A stretch of DNA of 62,061 bases from Hyphochytrium catenoides (taxonomy: Eukaryota > Protista > Hyphochytriomycota): NCBI GenBank assembly GCA_900088475.1, contig FLMG01000883.1, positions 1 through 62,061 of the forward strand, in the 5' to 3' direction. The position numbers and the translations under genes are program-made. How positions within the stretch are numbered: the stretch's first letter is position 1; each line of letters starts with the position of its first letter. Positions 52,601 to 62,061 of the stretch are shown here, in pieces. The notes under the pieces are model-generated. The model was not told where the DNA came from. It saw only the letters and a list, made by a program, of their open reading frames with translations, and searched no databases.

Positions 52601-52698
52601 GCTGACCTCCAGGAGGAGGCTAAGAGACCAGACGGATAAAGAGAAAAGAGAGAGAAGAAGGGCTTAGCCTTTCTTTCTCCTCCACCTTCTCTTCTCAT
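49648..52698 (-). CDS. Orphan multipass (~11 TM) membrane protein, paralog B
   Basis: 1016-aa intronless ORF; TM blocks conserved with 38760-41078, charged loops expanded. Confidence 0.8.
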   Translation of the reverse strand: MRREGGGERKAKPFFSLFSLYPSGLLASSWRSAGLGSGGMGKRKRGRKIVTATVSPLSLSSQGTPSLPSTKTSSSSSSSSSPSSASSPLHLLFSLLRDFLLLLSSTFLSAAVSLSLYFLFVLSFPSPSSLSWCQSRCGSLSWPQNCTGVLPFGSTCGMTATFGHFLYVVSVQHGISNLAMLFCYRAMYQDRYLRNRNRLFAVLSALTLLSDVLYSVQIMVIGNIGFYPGQILYVVAILYIFSPDGGRIRNNLQQSALAVSTHFFPSLGVILSLNVLFPSLLHHWDASLRRLFVGYILPAIFFLFSLLTEKCLSDLLRLEREREGKEVLEEEEEKKRRRREKKEEEEEEEEEKGREGGRREEKTKKIEGTEGIKEKKKVEMRKETRTIKVSSSAASVFRRNDDGEKGKQKKTKEREETRSLPLIIRIGGGRGNEAKKTKEDEERKVVTVVSPPSLYGSAVMKLGGGTTTSRREDKEEERTTKEKRRAEVQREKEENRGKREEENLTSFFLPNQNSRKPSSTVFSPMEGPCSQAEGDRGGRQRDIEEKGTAVNREKKVLSQGEVEEKGEEREVLAEEGRRESAADPEIGSLTREQKEKCREERDTLKGEKGDVGIGERRRERGGVRVDLALFLTYYMFQSVQLCASLSNLETNGLHLVSLSTATSCAGLGATIAWNLFQLRRREKARGGRRERETREREKESGERRLMEEKGLEERKLLGPMSFPPVDGASHCENERDERRGKDLGIDVGEKVLRPARGGAREEKEGEGEERRSGEAKGSMALGTASPKSLPAAEIESPNADSKMYENLSQIEIWRFAQKETDSLWQRMAANMIVGTLSCMGVLTAVLLGRNFVLSGLLNTESCSSSRRLSSSSSSLPPTRRLLPLVSPSSISSSHSTSSQFSSSSSAVALFSSPSSPASFNRERDASKTALPWASAESLWSSIDVKAEYFLNILAVVLVLLLFIGSLEVMGFPFLRLWAKRERREHLREAITLCLLFGPFMTTSLLLAMLSDAPSSC

Positions 52699-52860
52699 TT
52701 CCGATAACGATCCTTGGCCAGGTGGACTTTCTTCTCTTTTTCTCTCTCTCCTGGTGCTATTTCTCTCTCTGACGTGGTCGTCATTTCTTCTCTACATGAG
52801 AACCATTGACATAAAATGGCAAAGAGGACAGGAGAAGAGAGAGAGAGGCACACACAGGGG

Positions 52861-52897
<37 letters not shown>

Positions 52898-53562
52898 GAA
52901 GAGAAAGAGATATTCTCAGCTATTATGGAGTAGGAAGAGGAGGGAAAAGCAGAGGGCAAGAGAGAGAAAAGTGTGCTTGTTAGTACCTAGCTTCTCTCTG
53001 TGTCACGGCAAGAGAGAAAGAGGGACAGGCTTCAATAGAAAGAATCAGCGCCATCGTAACACCTTTCTCTCTCAATTTCCTTCGTGACCCCGCCGCCGCG
53101 CCTTTCAGAGGAGGATGGAGGTTCAGAAGTGCAGAGAGAGAGAGAGAAAGAACAGAGAAGAGAGAGAGAGGGAAAAAGAAGAAAGAGAAAGAGAGAGAGA
53201 CACAAATAATAAGTGGTGGGGTGAAAGTTTAAGAGAAAAAGCAGGGAGTGGACCATAGAAATAAGGAGAGAGACGATGACTGAGAGCCAAAAGAAAAGAA
53301 GGACGGCTAGGAGAGAGAGAAGAAGACAGAAACGAGCAAGGCATTCGACATCAGAACTGACTACGGGAAAGATAAAAGAGAAAGAATATAGAGAGAGAGA
53401 TTACTGAACGTTAAGAGTAGCGAATGTGAGGTTCTTTGCGTCTCTGTCTTTCCGTTACCCATCCTGCACGCTCTGCATGAGGGCAAGGACGAGAGTTCAC
53501 CTCTCCTATCAAAAGAGAGAGATGAGCAGGTTGAAGAGGAGGAAGGTCACGGCGGTTAGGAG

Positions 53563-53643
<81 letters not shown>

Positions 53644-54025
53644 TAATGGAGGATGTTGAACAGTTAGCTGATCCTCCGCAGTTGAAGCGGCACACACCGA
53701 ATTGCGTTCCTCCTCTTCTCTCATTTCTCTCGTCTCTCTCTCTCTCTTTCTCACCTCTCTCTTTGTCTGTCTTCTCTTTCTCTCTATTCTCTGTTCTCTC
53801 TCCTTGGTATGCCTTCCTCTCCAACTCTCTTGGCTTCTCTCTCTGAAAAATCACTGTGCAGTCTGGCTCTCTTTCTCTTGTCCTTCCCCCTCTTTCGCTG
53901 TTTCCTCGCGGATCCCTCCTGTATTCCCCTTATGACTTATGATCCAGTCCCCCCATTTGTCTCTCTTCTCTCTCTCTCTCTCTCTCACACTCTCTCAGCT
54001 GAGTCCTCTTTCTCTCTCTCTCTCT

Positions 54026-54063
<38 letters not shown>

Positions 54064-54179
54064 CTCTCTCTCTCTCTCTTCATTCAAAGACTACACACAA
54101 AGTACACAGTAACGGCCAAGACAGCCAGTAACGGCCATAATAACCGGTAACGGACCTCTGTTACTTGGAAAGCATTGGG

Positions 54180-54211
<32 letters not shown>

Positions 54212-54763
54212 ACGAGGGAGAGAGAGAGACGCAAGAGCAACACGGCACAGTGGTGACTGTGGAGACAGAGAAAAAAGTCTGAGAAGAGAGAGAGAGAGTT
54301 AAGAGAACAGAGGCGGGCCAGATGCTGACAACAACGAGAGGAAGAAGGACGATGAGGTCCATAGCAAAAAGAGGACGGCAAGAAGAGAGAGTTCTCTGAT
54401 GCAGAAAAGTTCAAGAGACAAAGATTGAGAGAAGAGAAACAGCGAGCGAGAGAGAGGCAAGAATCTAGCGCGTCGCAGGAAGTCGTCGAGAACAGAGAAT
54501 ATCCAGGGAAGAGAGAGGAGGTCACTCTTCTTGTTGGCAATAGCAGAGAACAGTTCCCCAACAAAAGAAAGAGAGAGAGAGAGAGAGAGAGAAGGGCTGG
54601 CTCTTCAATATAAAGAAGCAATGCATTTAATGACTCAAAACTGCTGACAAACAAACAAAATGGAGCGGGACTTTCTCAGTCCCTTGCTCTTTTCTTCTCT
54701 CTCTTTTTTGGGAGAAAAATGCGCAAAAAGCGAAGAGAGAGAGAGAGAGACTGTTTTCTCTGT

Positions 54764-56599
54764 CTACTGTCGTTGTACGGCAGTGGCTCTGGAGTAAGAG
54801 ATACGCTGCTTCCCATAAGAAGTTTGAGTCTTTCCTCTCTTCGTCTTTCTCTGATGTTTCTTGGAAGAGGAGAGAGGCCGACCGTAGTCTCTTTTCGGAG
54901 GAGAAGAGAGAGGAGAAGAGACATAAGGTTGTCTCTCTTCTCTCTTTGGATGCTTGTATCCATGTCGTAGGCGCTTGTGAGAATGGGAGAGGGGCGGAGA
55001 GCCAGGATTGTAGGACGAAGTCTCTCCTAATTCTTTTGGTGGTGAAGAGGGAGAGACTCTTCGTCCATAATATGACTTTCTCTCTCTCTTCTCTCTCGCA
55101 TAATAGTGGTTCTTTCTTCCTCTTCCTTCTCTCTTTCTTCCGTGGCCTCTCTTCTTGTGGGGAAGTAGGCCCTTTGAGGAGAGAGGCTGTGTCTCTCTCT
55201 CTCCTCCACGATTTGCGGGAGAGAGAGAGGGAGGAGGTATCTCTCTCTCTTGAGGAGAGAGAGGCCCGAGGTCCATCTCATGGACGGCAGGAGGAAGAAG
55301 CTCTTGCACTGCCCCGTTGTTCTCTGTTTCCTCTTCTTCGTCAGTACCTTGTTCCTCTTCTCTCTCTTCTTCTCCTGTTTGTTGTGCCTCTCTCTCTTCT
55401 TCTTCTTCACCTCCTGGGATTGTCTCTCTTTCTCCTTCCTTCTCTATTTCTGGTGCTGGCAAGTCAGTGATGAGGAGAGGAGAGAGAGACTCATCTTCTC
55501 TCTCTCCTCCTGTCACGACGGGTGCGTCCTCTTGTCCTCCCTGTTCCCCTCCTTCTCCCCCGGAGGAGAGAGGAATGGGAGGTTCATCTTCTTCTTCAAG
55601 CTCAATGTCTCTCTCTCCTGGGAGAGAACTCTCTCTCTGTCCTGGAAGAGAACTCTCTCTCTCTTCTCTCGCAAAGAACATCGCCCAGTTCTGTCCCAAG
55701 AACCGGGTAGAATGGTCAAGGGAAACTGAAGAGCGGAGCATCGCTTCTCTCTCATTCTCTCTTTCCTCTCTTAACATTGCCATCTTTCTTGAACTGTCTC
55801 TCTCTTCTTCTCTCTCTCTCTTCTGCACCTCTTCTGCCTCTTCTCTCGGCTCTTTCCTCGCAAAGAACATCATCCAGTTTTGCCCCAAGAATCTTTCCCC
55901 GTGGGTTCTCATAGGGGGAGAGGGAAGAAAAGCTCTCTCTCTCTCCATTTCATCTCTCTCTTTCTCTCTTTTCTCGTCTCCCTCCCTCTCTTTTTCTCTA
56001 AGACCGGGAAGACTGAACATGGCTAGATTCTGGCCGACGAATCGCTGAGGTTGATTGAGGGAGAGAGAGGAAGATGAAGAGACAAACCTCTCTTCTTCCT
56101 CACTTTCCATGAACTCTCTCTCTCTTTCTCTTTCTTGGGGTTTCTTCTCGTTCTCTTCCGTGTTCATGTCTCTCTCCTCCTTAAGCCCGGGAAGACTGAA
56201 CATGGCTAGATTCTGGCTGAGGAATCGCTGTGGTTGATTGAGGGAGAGAGACGAAGATGAAGAGAGAGACTTCTCTTGTTCCTCACTTTCCATGAAAACT
56301 CTCTCTCTTTTTCTTTCTTGAAGTTTCTTCTCGTCCTCTCCCGTCTTCATGTCTCTCTCCTCCTTCTGTCCGTCTTGCAAGAAGGTAAGTTTGTCTTCTG
56401 GCTCCAACCAATGGCTGACGCCTAGGAAAGAAGAGATGGAAGAGAGAACGAGAGGAGAGAAACTCTCTTCTTCATTCTCTCTAGGTCTCTCTCCTGGCGT
56501 GAGCGTCTCTCCCTGCACTGCCGCAGCCATTGTCAAGGCCAGCGCTACTGACGCGAGGACCATCCTCTTCTTGTTTCTTCCTGCGCCGAAAGGAGCCAT
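54764..56599 (-). CDS. Secreted precursor-like protein with four RF(L/V)(G/S)QN(L/W)(A/M)MF cores
   Basis: ATG at 56599 (MAPFGAGRNKKRMVLASVALALTMAAAVQG signal peptide); four hydrophobic motifs in Glu/Arg-rich spacers; basic C-terminal tail. Confidence 0.75.
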   Translation of the reverse strand: MAPFGAGRNKKRMVLASVALALTMAAAVQGETLTPGERPRENEEESFSPLVLSSISSFLGVSHWLEPEDKLTFLQDGQKEERDMKTGEDEKKLQERKRERVFMESEEQEKSLSSSSSLSLNQPQRFLSQNLAMFSLPGLKEERDMNTEENEKKPQEREREREFMESEEEERFVSSSSSLSLNQPQRFVGQNLAMFSLPGLREKEREGDEKREKERDEMERERAFLPSPPMRTHGERFLGQNWMMFFARKEPREEAEEVQKREREEERDSSRKMAMLREERENEREAMLRSSVSLDHSTRFLGQNWAMFFAREERESSLPGQRESSLPGERDIELEEEDEPPIPLSSGGEGGEQGGQEDAPVVTGGEREDESLSPLLITDLPAPEIEKEGERETIPGGEEEEEREAQQTGEEEREEEQGTDEEEETENNGAVQELLPPAVHEMDLGPLSPQEREIPPPSLSPANRGGERETQPLSSKGLLPHKKRGHGRKREGRGRKNHYYAREKRERKSYYGRRVSPSSPPKELGETSSYNPGSPPLSHSHKRLRHGYKHPKREERQPYVSSPLSSPPKRDYGRPLSSSKKHQRKTKRGKTQTSYGKQRISYSRATAVQRQ

Positions 56600-56954
56600 C
56601 TTTCTTCTCTCTCTTTCTTTCTCTCTCTCTCTCTCTCTCTTTTCTTTCTCTCTTTTTCTTTCGTTCTCTTTCTCTCTTGGTTTTGCCTTGTCTCCTACGT
56701 TGTCTGTGATCCACAGGGAGGAAAGAAAATTCGGAAGTAAGGGAAAGGGGGCAACACCGCCGCGGACCGCCAGGGGAATGGCGGGGAAAGAGAAAGCGGG
56801 AGAGAGAAGAAGAGAGAGATAGACAGAGAAGAAGAGAGAGAGACAGATAAGAAGAGAGAGAGAGAAGAAGAGAGAGAGACACAGAGACAAAGGGATAAAG
56901 AGAGATGAGAGAGACAGAGCGAGCGAGCGAGAAAGAGAGAGAGACAGAGCGAGC

Positions 56955-57021
<67 letters not shown>

Positions 57022-57364
57022 AGAGGGGAAGACGTGGTCATCGATAACCATCATGCTGAGGAGGGTGGCCTTGCAAGAAGAGTTTGGAACGACATCTCAA
57101 GAGAAAGAGGGGGAGAGAGAGACCGAGAAGAAGAGACATATTGACAAAGAGAGGGAGAGAGAAAGAGAATGGTGGCCCTATACGAACTATGAGACAGACA
57201 TCAGGTGCTGACCGATTAGAAAGAGGAGAAAGAGAAGGAGAATCGGGAAGAGACTTCAGAAGAGAGAGGAACAAAAGAAAAGAAAGAGCCCGGGTGGGGG
57301 AAGCCAAGCAGAAGTTCGGGAGGAGCAAGTTGAAGAACTATAAAAGGTGGAAAAAACAAGCAAG

Positions 57365-57400
<36 letters not shown>

Positions 57401-57728
57401 CATCTGTATCTCCAAACGTAAGAAGTAGCAGTTACAAGGGTCATAGAGTGGGGACACAAGAGGCACAACGTAGCCAACCCGACCTTTTGTCTTAGAATAA
57501 AACGAAGGTGATAAGAATGTAGGGGAACGGGAGAGAGAGAAAGAGAGAAAGAGAGAAAGAGAGAGCGAGAGTGAGAGAGAGAAAGAGCGAGAGGAAGTGC
57601 GACAAAGAGAGAGAGTGAGAGGAAAGAGCGAGTGAGGGAGAGAGAGAAAGAGCGAGGCGAAAGAACGGGCAAGCGAGCGAGAGAGTGAAGAGAGGAGAGA
57701 GAGAGAGCGAGAGAGAGAGCGAGCGAGC

Positions 57729-57762
<34 letters not shown>

Positions 57763-59400
57763 GAGCGAGAGAGAGCGAGAGAGAGAGAGTGGAGCTTATG
57801 TAAAAAATCTCCAAGGGGTGGGTAGGCCTATATGAGGTTGTCGTGGTACTAGTACTATCCCCCACCCACCTAGCTTCCCCTCGTTGACTTCATCTGCGTT
57901 CTGGACTTATTTCCCAGCAGCAGCAGCAACAGCAGCAGGAGGAGAGAGAAGTGGAGGAAAGAGCGAGCGAGGGAGAAAGGAGGAGGAGAAGCAATGAGAG
58001 AGAGAGAGAATAGAGCAACAACCTAGAGGAGAGAGAGAGAGAGAGGAGATGATCCACTCGACAAGACAGCCGAACCGAGTGCAGCAGAAGCGGATCTGAC
58101 GACAAGGAGAAGAGGGAAGAAGAAGAAGAAGAAGAGAACAAGAAAACGGGAGAAGAATGAGACAACAGAGAAAGGAACGGGAGAAAAAGAGAGAAAAGAA
58201 AAGGGAAAATAGAGTGTGCAATGGATGCTCATCACCTGCAGCCTAATAAAACCAAGAAGAAGCTAAGAGGGAAGGAAAGAAGAGCCGGCAGCATGGTCTT
58301 TCAGTATCTCCAGACGACGAATTCTGCATTCTGAAGCCGCAATAACCCAGCTCTTCAGGCAAACATGATGGCCTTGCCCGGAGAACAGCGGTCTCCTTTC
58401 GTTTTTGGCGTCGAGCGGTAGGAGGAGGAAAAGAGCGAAGGCCACCAAACGCAATAGAGGGAGAGACAAGTGCTAGTCGACGGGAGCTAGAGAGACAGCA
58501 AGACAAGAGGAGAGAGAGAGAAAGGGAACAGAGAGAGAGAGACAGAGAAGAAGTAGAGGGAAGGGAGAGAAAAAGCTGGCATTTTCCGTCACCGTCGGTG
58601 CATTGGTTCTCCGTCCCTTCTATCCACTCATTCTACCCTCCAACAACTGCTCCTCTTCTCTCCCTCCGCCTGACAGTAAGAAGAATGATGAAGGACGGAG
58701 CTTCTTTTCTCTCCTTTTCCTTCCCTTTCCCACGTCTCTCTCTCTCTCTCTCTCTTATTCTCTCTCTCTCTCTCTCTCCCTCTCCACTATTTCCGACTGC
58801 CGCCACCCAGGGGAACGCTTGAAGGAAGGAAGACCTTCCCAATGACTCTACGTTTTCAAAAAAATAAGTCTAATATAATGTACGAGAAGAGAGTCTTTCA
58901 ACCCAGCAAGAAGGGCAATCTACCCGAGGAAGTGAAGTGACAAAGAAAGGAAGAGAAAAGAGAGAGAAGAGAAGCTAAGACTATCCTTGGCAAAATCTAG
59001 CAGAGGAGAAGAAAGAGAGAAGACTCTTCTCTCCTTGTGCCCTGGGAAGTCCCGCATTTGAGTTAACGTCGAAGCCTTCAGTCACTGTCTCTAAAGAATG
59101 AAGGAGAGACGGCAGGCGTAAGAGAAAACGAGAGAGACAGTCTCTTCTTCGTCACTTTGCAAAGGAAAGCAGGAACTCCCCCACCTTATAGACTCTACGT
59201 TGACAACGTTAAACCTTTAGACAGAAGGAACGAAGGTTCTGAATTGGAGATCGATCCTTCGTTCCCACGTAGCCGCTGGCGGACCGATGAGGAGGATCAC
59301 CGCCAAAAGCAAGGGGTTCGGGGTCTTGTTCAGAAGAGAGACGAAGGAGGTTGGCCTACTGTCCGATAAGCGGCATGCTGGGGGCCAGCTTCATCTACTC

Positions 59401-59917
59401 CTAGGCGCCAACCCTAACCCTAACGCAGAATTAACTGGGGGCAGCTATTACTTTCTCCTCACCATAGCACTCAGTTGGCTGAGGTCTGTCCTCAGCTAGA
59501 TCTTCTCCTCCTAGGCGCTACCCTAACCCTAGCGCTAAGGTGCCTGAGGTCCTCAGCTACATCTGCCCTCTACTGGGCGCCAACTCTAACCCTAAGCACT
59601 AAGGTGCCTGAGGTCTGTCCTCAGCTACATCTGCCCTCTTGGCGCCAACTCTAACCATAGGGCTAAGTTGGCTGACGTCCTCAGCTACCCCTACTTCTAG
59701 GCGCCAACCCTAAGCCTAGCGCTAAGGTGCCTGAGGTCAGCTCCATCTTCTCCTCCTAGGCGCCAACCCTAACCCTAACGCAGAATTAACTGGGGGCAAC
59801 TACTAACTACTGCTCCTCACCATAGCACTAAGTTGGCTGAGGTCTGTCCTCAGCTACATCTGCCCCCTAGGCGCCAACCCTAACCCTAGCACTGAGTTGG
59901 CTGAGGTCCTCAGCTAC
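59401..59917. repeat. Satellite of ~60/110-bp units containing telomere-like AACCCTAACCCTA
   Basis: Seven units starting CTAGGCGCCAACCCTAACCCTA near 59401, 59511, 59573, 59638, 59697, 59755 and 59867. Confidence 0.9.
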
Positions 59918-60089
59918 CTCTCCATCTTCTCTTTCTTGGGGCCCTCCGTGAGTAACGCTAAGCCTTGTTTCATTTAGGTCAGACTAGGAGCAGAGCAAAA
60001 GGGAACCTTCACTTTCTCAGCTGGTTCGTGAGGACACAGCCTTGTGCAGGTCTACTCCTTCCGCCGCGCTGGGAGAGCGCAAGGTTATC

Positions 60090-61171
60090 ACTGATCTCCA
60101 TCGAGCTGGATGAGAAGCTGGCTGTGGGGGCTGGCTGAGGAGCTGGTTGAGAAGTAGGTTGTTGGGTTGGCTCGAGAGCCGGCGGAGGAGTAGGTTGTTG
60201 TGTTGGCTCAGGAGTTGGATGAGAAGTGAATGTTGGATTGGCTCAGGAGCCGGCTGAGGAGTTGGCTGTTAGGTTGACTCAGGAGCTGGATGAGATGTTG
60301 GCTGTGGGCTTTGACTGTGAGATTGGCTGGAGAGCCGGTTCGGGAGATGGCAGTGGAATGGGTTCTAAAAGTGGCGCTAGTGAAACAGGGCCATTGGTAG
60401 GTCAGAGGCACTCTCCATCTGTTGCCAGTAGTTGGGGAGAGATGAGGTCGAAGTGAGGGTTGCAAGCCGGACGGTTCCAGTCAGTCGTCTTTCAGGAAAG
60501 CAGAGACCACTAAGGAGAGAAGATATGCTTACCGGTCGCGGATTGGGGCGAGATAGAGGCAGATACCGCGCTGGTGCAGATTCTATGGCTGGCAATCCCT
60601 GTCAGGTAATTAGTCTTGCACTGCAAAGTACGGAGCTTTGATCTGCCTCATCATTGATGCTGCCGGCAATCCGCTGGAACTGTGCTCGGTAGGCAGCCTG
60701 CCGTGCCGGTGGTGCACCCAGTTAGCGGACAGTCGTCTCTTGCCGAAGTGCCTCACTTCCCTTCCTGCAACGATGTAGGACGGCGCCATAAAGCTCATAG
60801 TAATAAAATCAGTGAAGGAACGGTAGCTAAGAGTAGTCCTGACCTCAGGGCTGCCACGTAACAGGGACCGCCTCAGCTCTGGGTAAAGGCAGAAGTGAGA
60901 AACGACGTCTAAGATTGTGCCACCATCCTACAGAAGGTATTGACGATGGAGGTAGTCCGAGTGGAGGTTCTCGTGGAAGACGATGCTCAGGATTGCTGGA
61001 AGCGGGCGGCAGAATCACGTCGTAGACCAAGAAGTGGTAGTCAGCCCACAATAGTAGGAAGGCAAGAAAGATCAGAATTCCAGCCCTACTCACACCACGT
61101 GTGCTATGGGCTACTGCTGCTTTATGTCTGCTGCTAGCTGCGTGTGCTCTTGGGGAGCTCTTCATCACCAT
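60090..61171 (-). pseudogene. Second degenerate copy of the type II membrane module plus PT/PE linker, without LamG domains
   Basis: MKSSPR...ILIFLAFLLLWADY; shared blocks ACGGTAGCTAAGAGTAG, GCTGGTGCAGATTCTATGG and LLAxDGEC with 45300-46800; several stops. Confidence 0.7.
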
Positions 61172-62061
61172 CCTACTACTTCTCCCTCTTCGTTCTTCAA
61201 CCTATTTAGAGCGAACTGACGCTTCCGGGCCCACTAGCCGATGTTAGGTAGGGAGTTCGCTTGGCGCTTGCACACCTTCGAGCCCTGACTGTCAAACTTC
61301 ACGCTGGCTAAAGATTAGCGTGGCTTTCGCTAAGCTGCACCTGTCCACTACTATATAAAGCTTCTCGCCTGGGCCTCGGTGAGGACCCATGATAGCGTCA
61401 AGCTCGATGATGGCAAGCGGGATGGCGGCAGCCCTAGGGAAAAACTAGCAGGGCCTCTCTCCTTTATCAGTCAACCAGTCAGCGCTAGCTCTCTGTGCAC
61501 AGGTGCCAGCACTCTTCTTAGAGACTCTCTTCCTCACGCGGCGGTTTGCCTTCTCAGCTCCTTCGGGTCGCGCAGTCGCGCCGGCGTTAGCCGCTTCTCC
61601 AGTCCGTTACCGTGAGTGCACTGTTGCATTGCTGCTGCCTCGCTACTGGGCCGTCAGCGTCCTTTCCCTCTGGCGGTTAGTCTCGGTCTAGTACAAGTAT
61701 GATAAGTATCCGCTCTCCTCCTGCTCTCTCTTAGCAGCAGTAGTTACATAGTTCCTTCTTTATAACTAACTGTAGGTACTTGTACCTAGTGAACATACGG
61801 ACTTGCTTACATTACAGTATAAAGAGTGGGTATAGTTCTACTTCTGTATGGTAGTTCTACGAATGCGAACCCAGTAGTAATAATATAGCAAGCAATAAGT
61901 ACCGGCCTATCAGTTACTGTTTTATCCTCAATTACAGTAAGTAGAAAGTATTTGTAGAGAACCCAAGGCTTGAGGCTACAGCTTTGCCTGCGTCCGTTGT
62001 TAGCTCCTAGACGGAATCCACAGGACCCAAGGACCAAGACGGCCTAAGACTGTAGGAATAG

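Noticed and set aside
56600-56890. N-terminal 97 aa of the 708-aa ORF
   Set aside because: Microsatellite-derived; the ATG at 56599 directly precedes a proper signal peptide
59401-59917. CRISPR-like array
   Set aside because: Sequences between the conserved cores are themselves homologous rather than unique spacers; eukaryotic context with no cas genes

Overview
Eukaryotic (protist/algal-type) nuclear DNA with GT-AG introns, very dense (AG/CT)n microsatellites and one 26-N assembly gap; the lineage cannot be fixed from this window. Most ORFs in the track are microsatellite read-throughs. Recognisable genes: a 10-exon coproporphyrinogen III oxidase (CPOX/hemF), a GFA/CENP-V zinc protein, a WRKY19-like 'GGGKRC' zinc-finger protein and an Erf4/golgin-A7-like membrane protein. 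Mobile DNA: a nested, decayed Ty1/copia cluster (1-2215), a chromodomain Gypsy mini-element with inverted LTRs (22641-23071) and a TAA-TSD MITE. From 27 to 61 kb there is a run of intronless secreted/surface orphan genes: a 15-aa-repeat protein, a 6-Cys GPI/TM-like protein, two paralogous ~11-TM proteins plus a pseudogene copy, a four-domain LamG-like protein, and a secreted precursor with four RF(L/V)(G/S)QN(L/W)(A/M)MF cores that resembles a multi-copy peptide (pheromone/RiPP-like) precursor. That precursor is the best candidate for an undescribed system. Repeat copies often differ by CAG/CTG>TAG/TTG changes, and a telomere-like satellite lies at 59.4-59.9 kb. All calls come from reading the sequence; no database searches were run.
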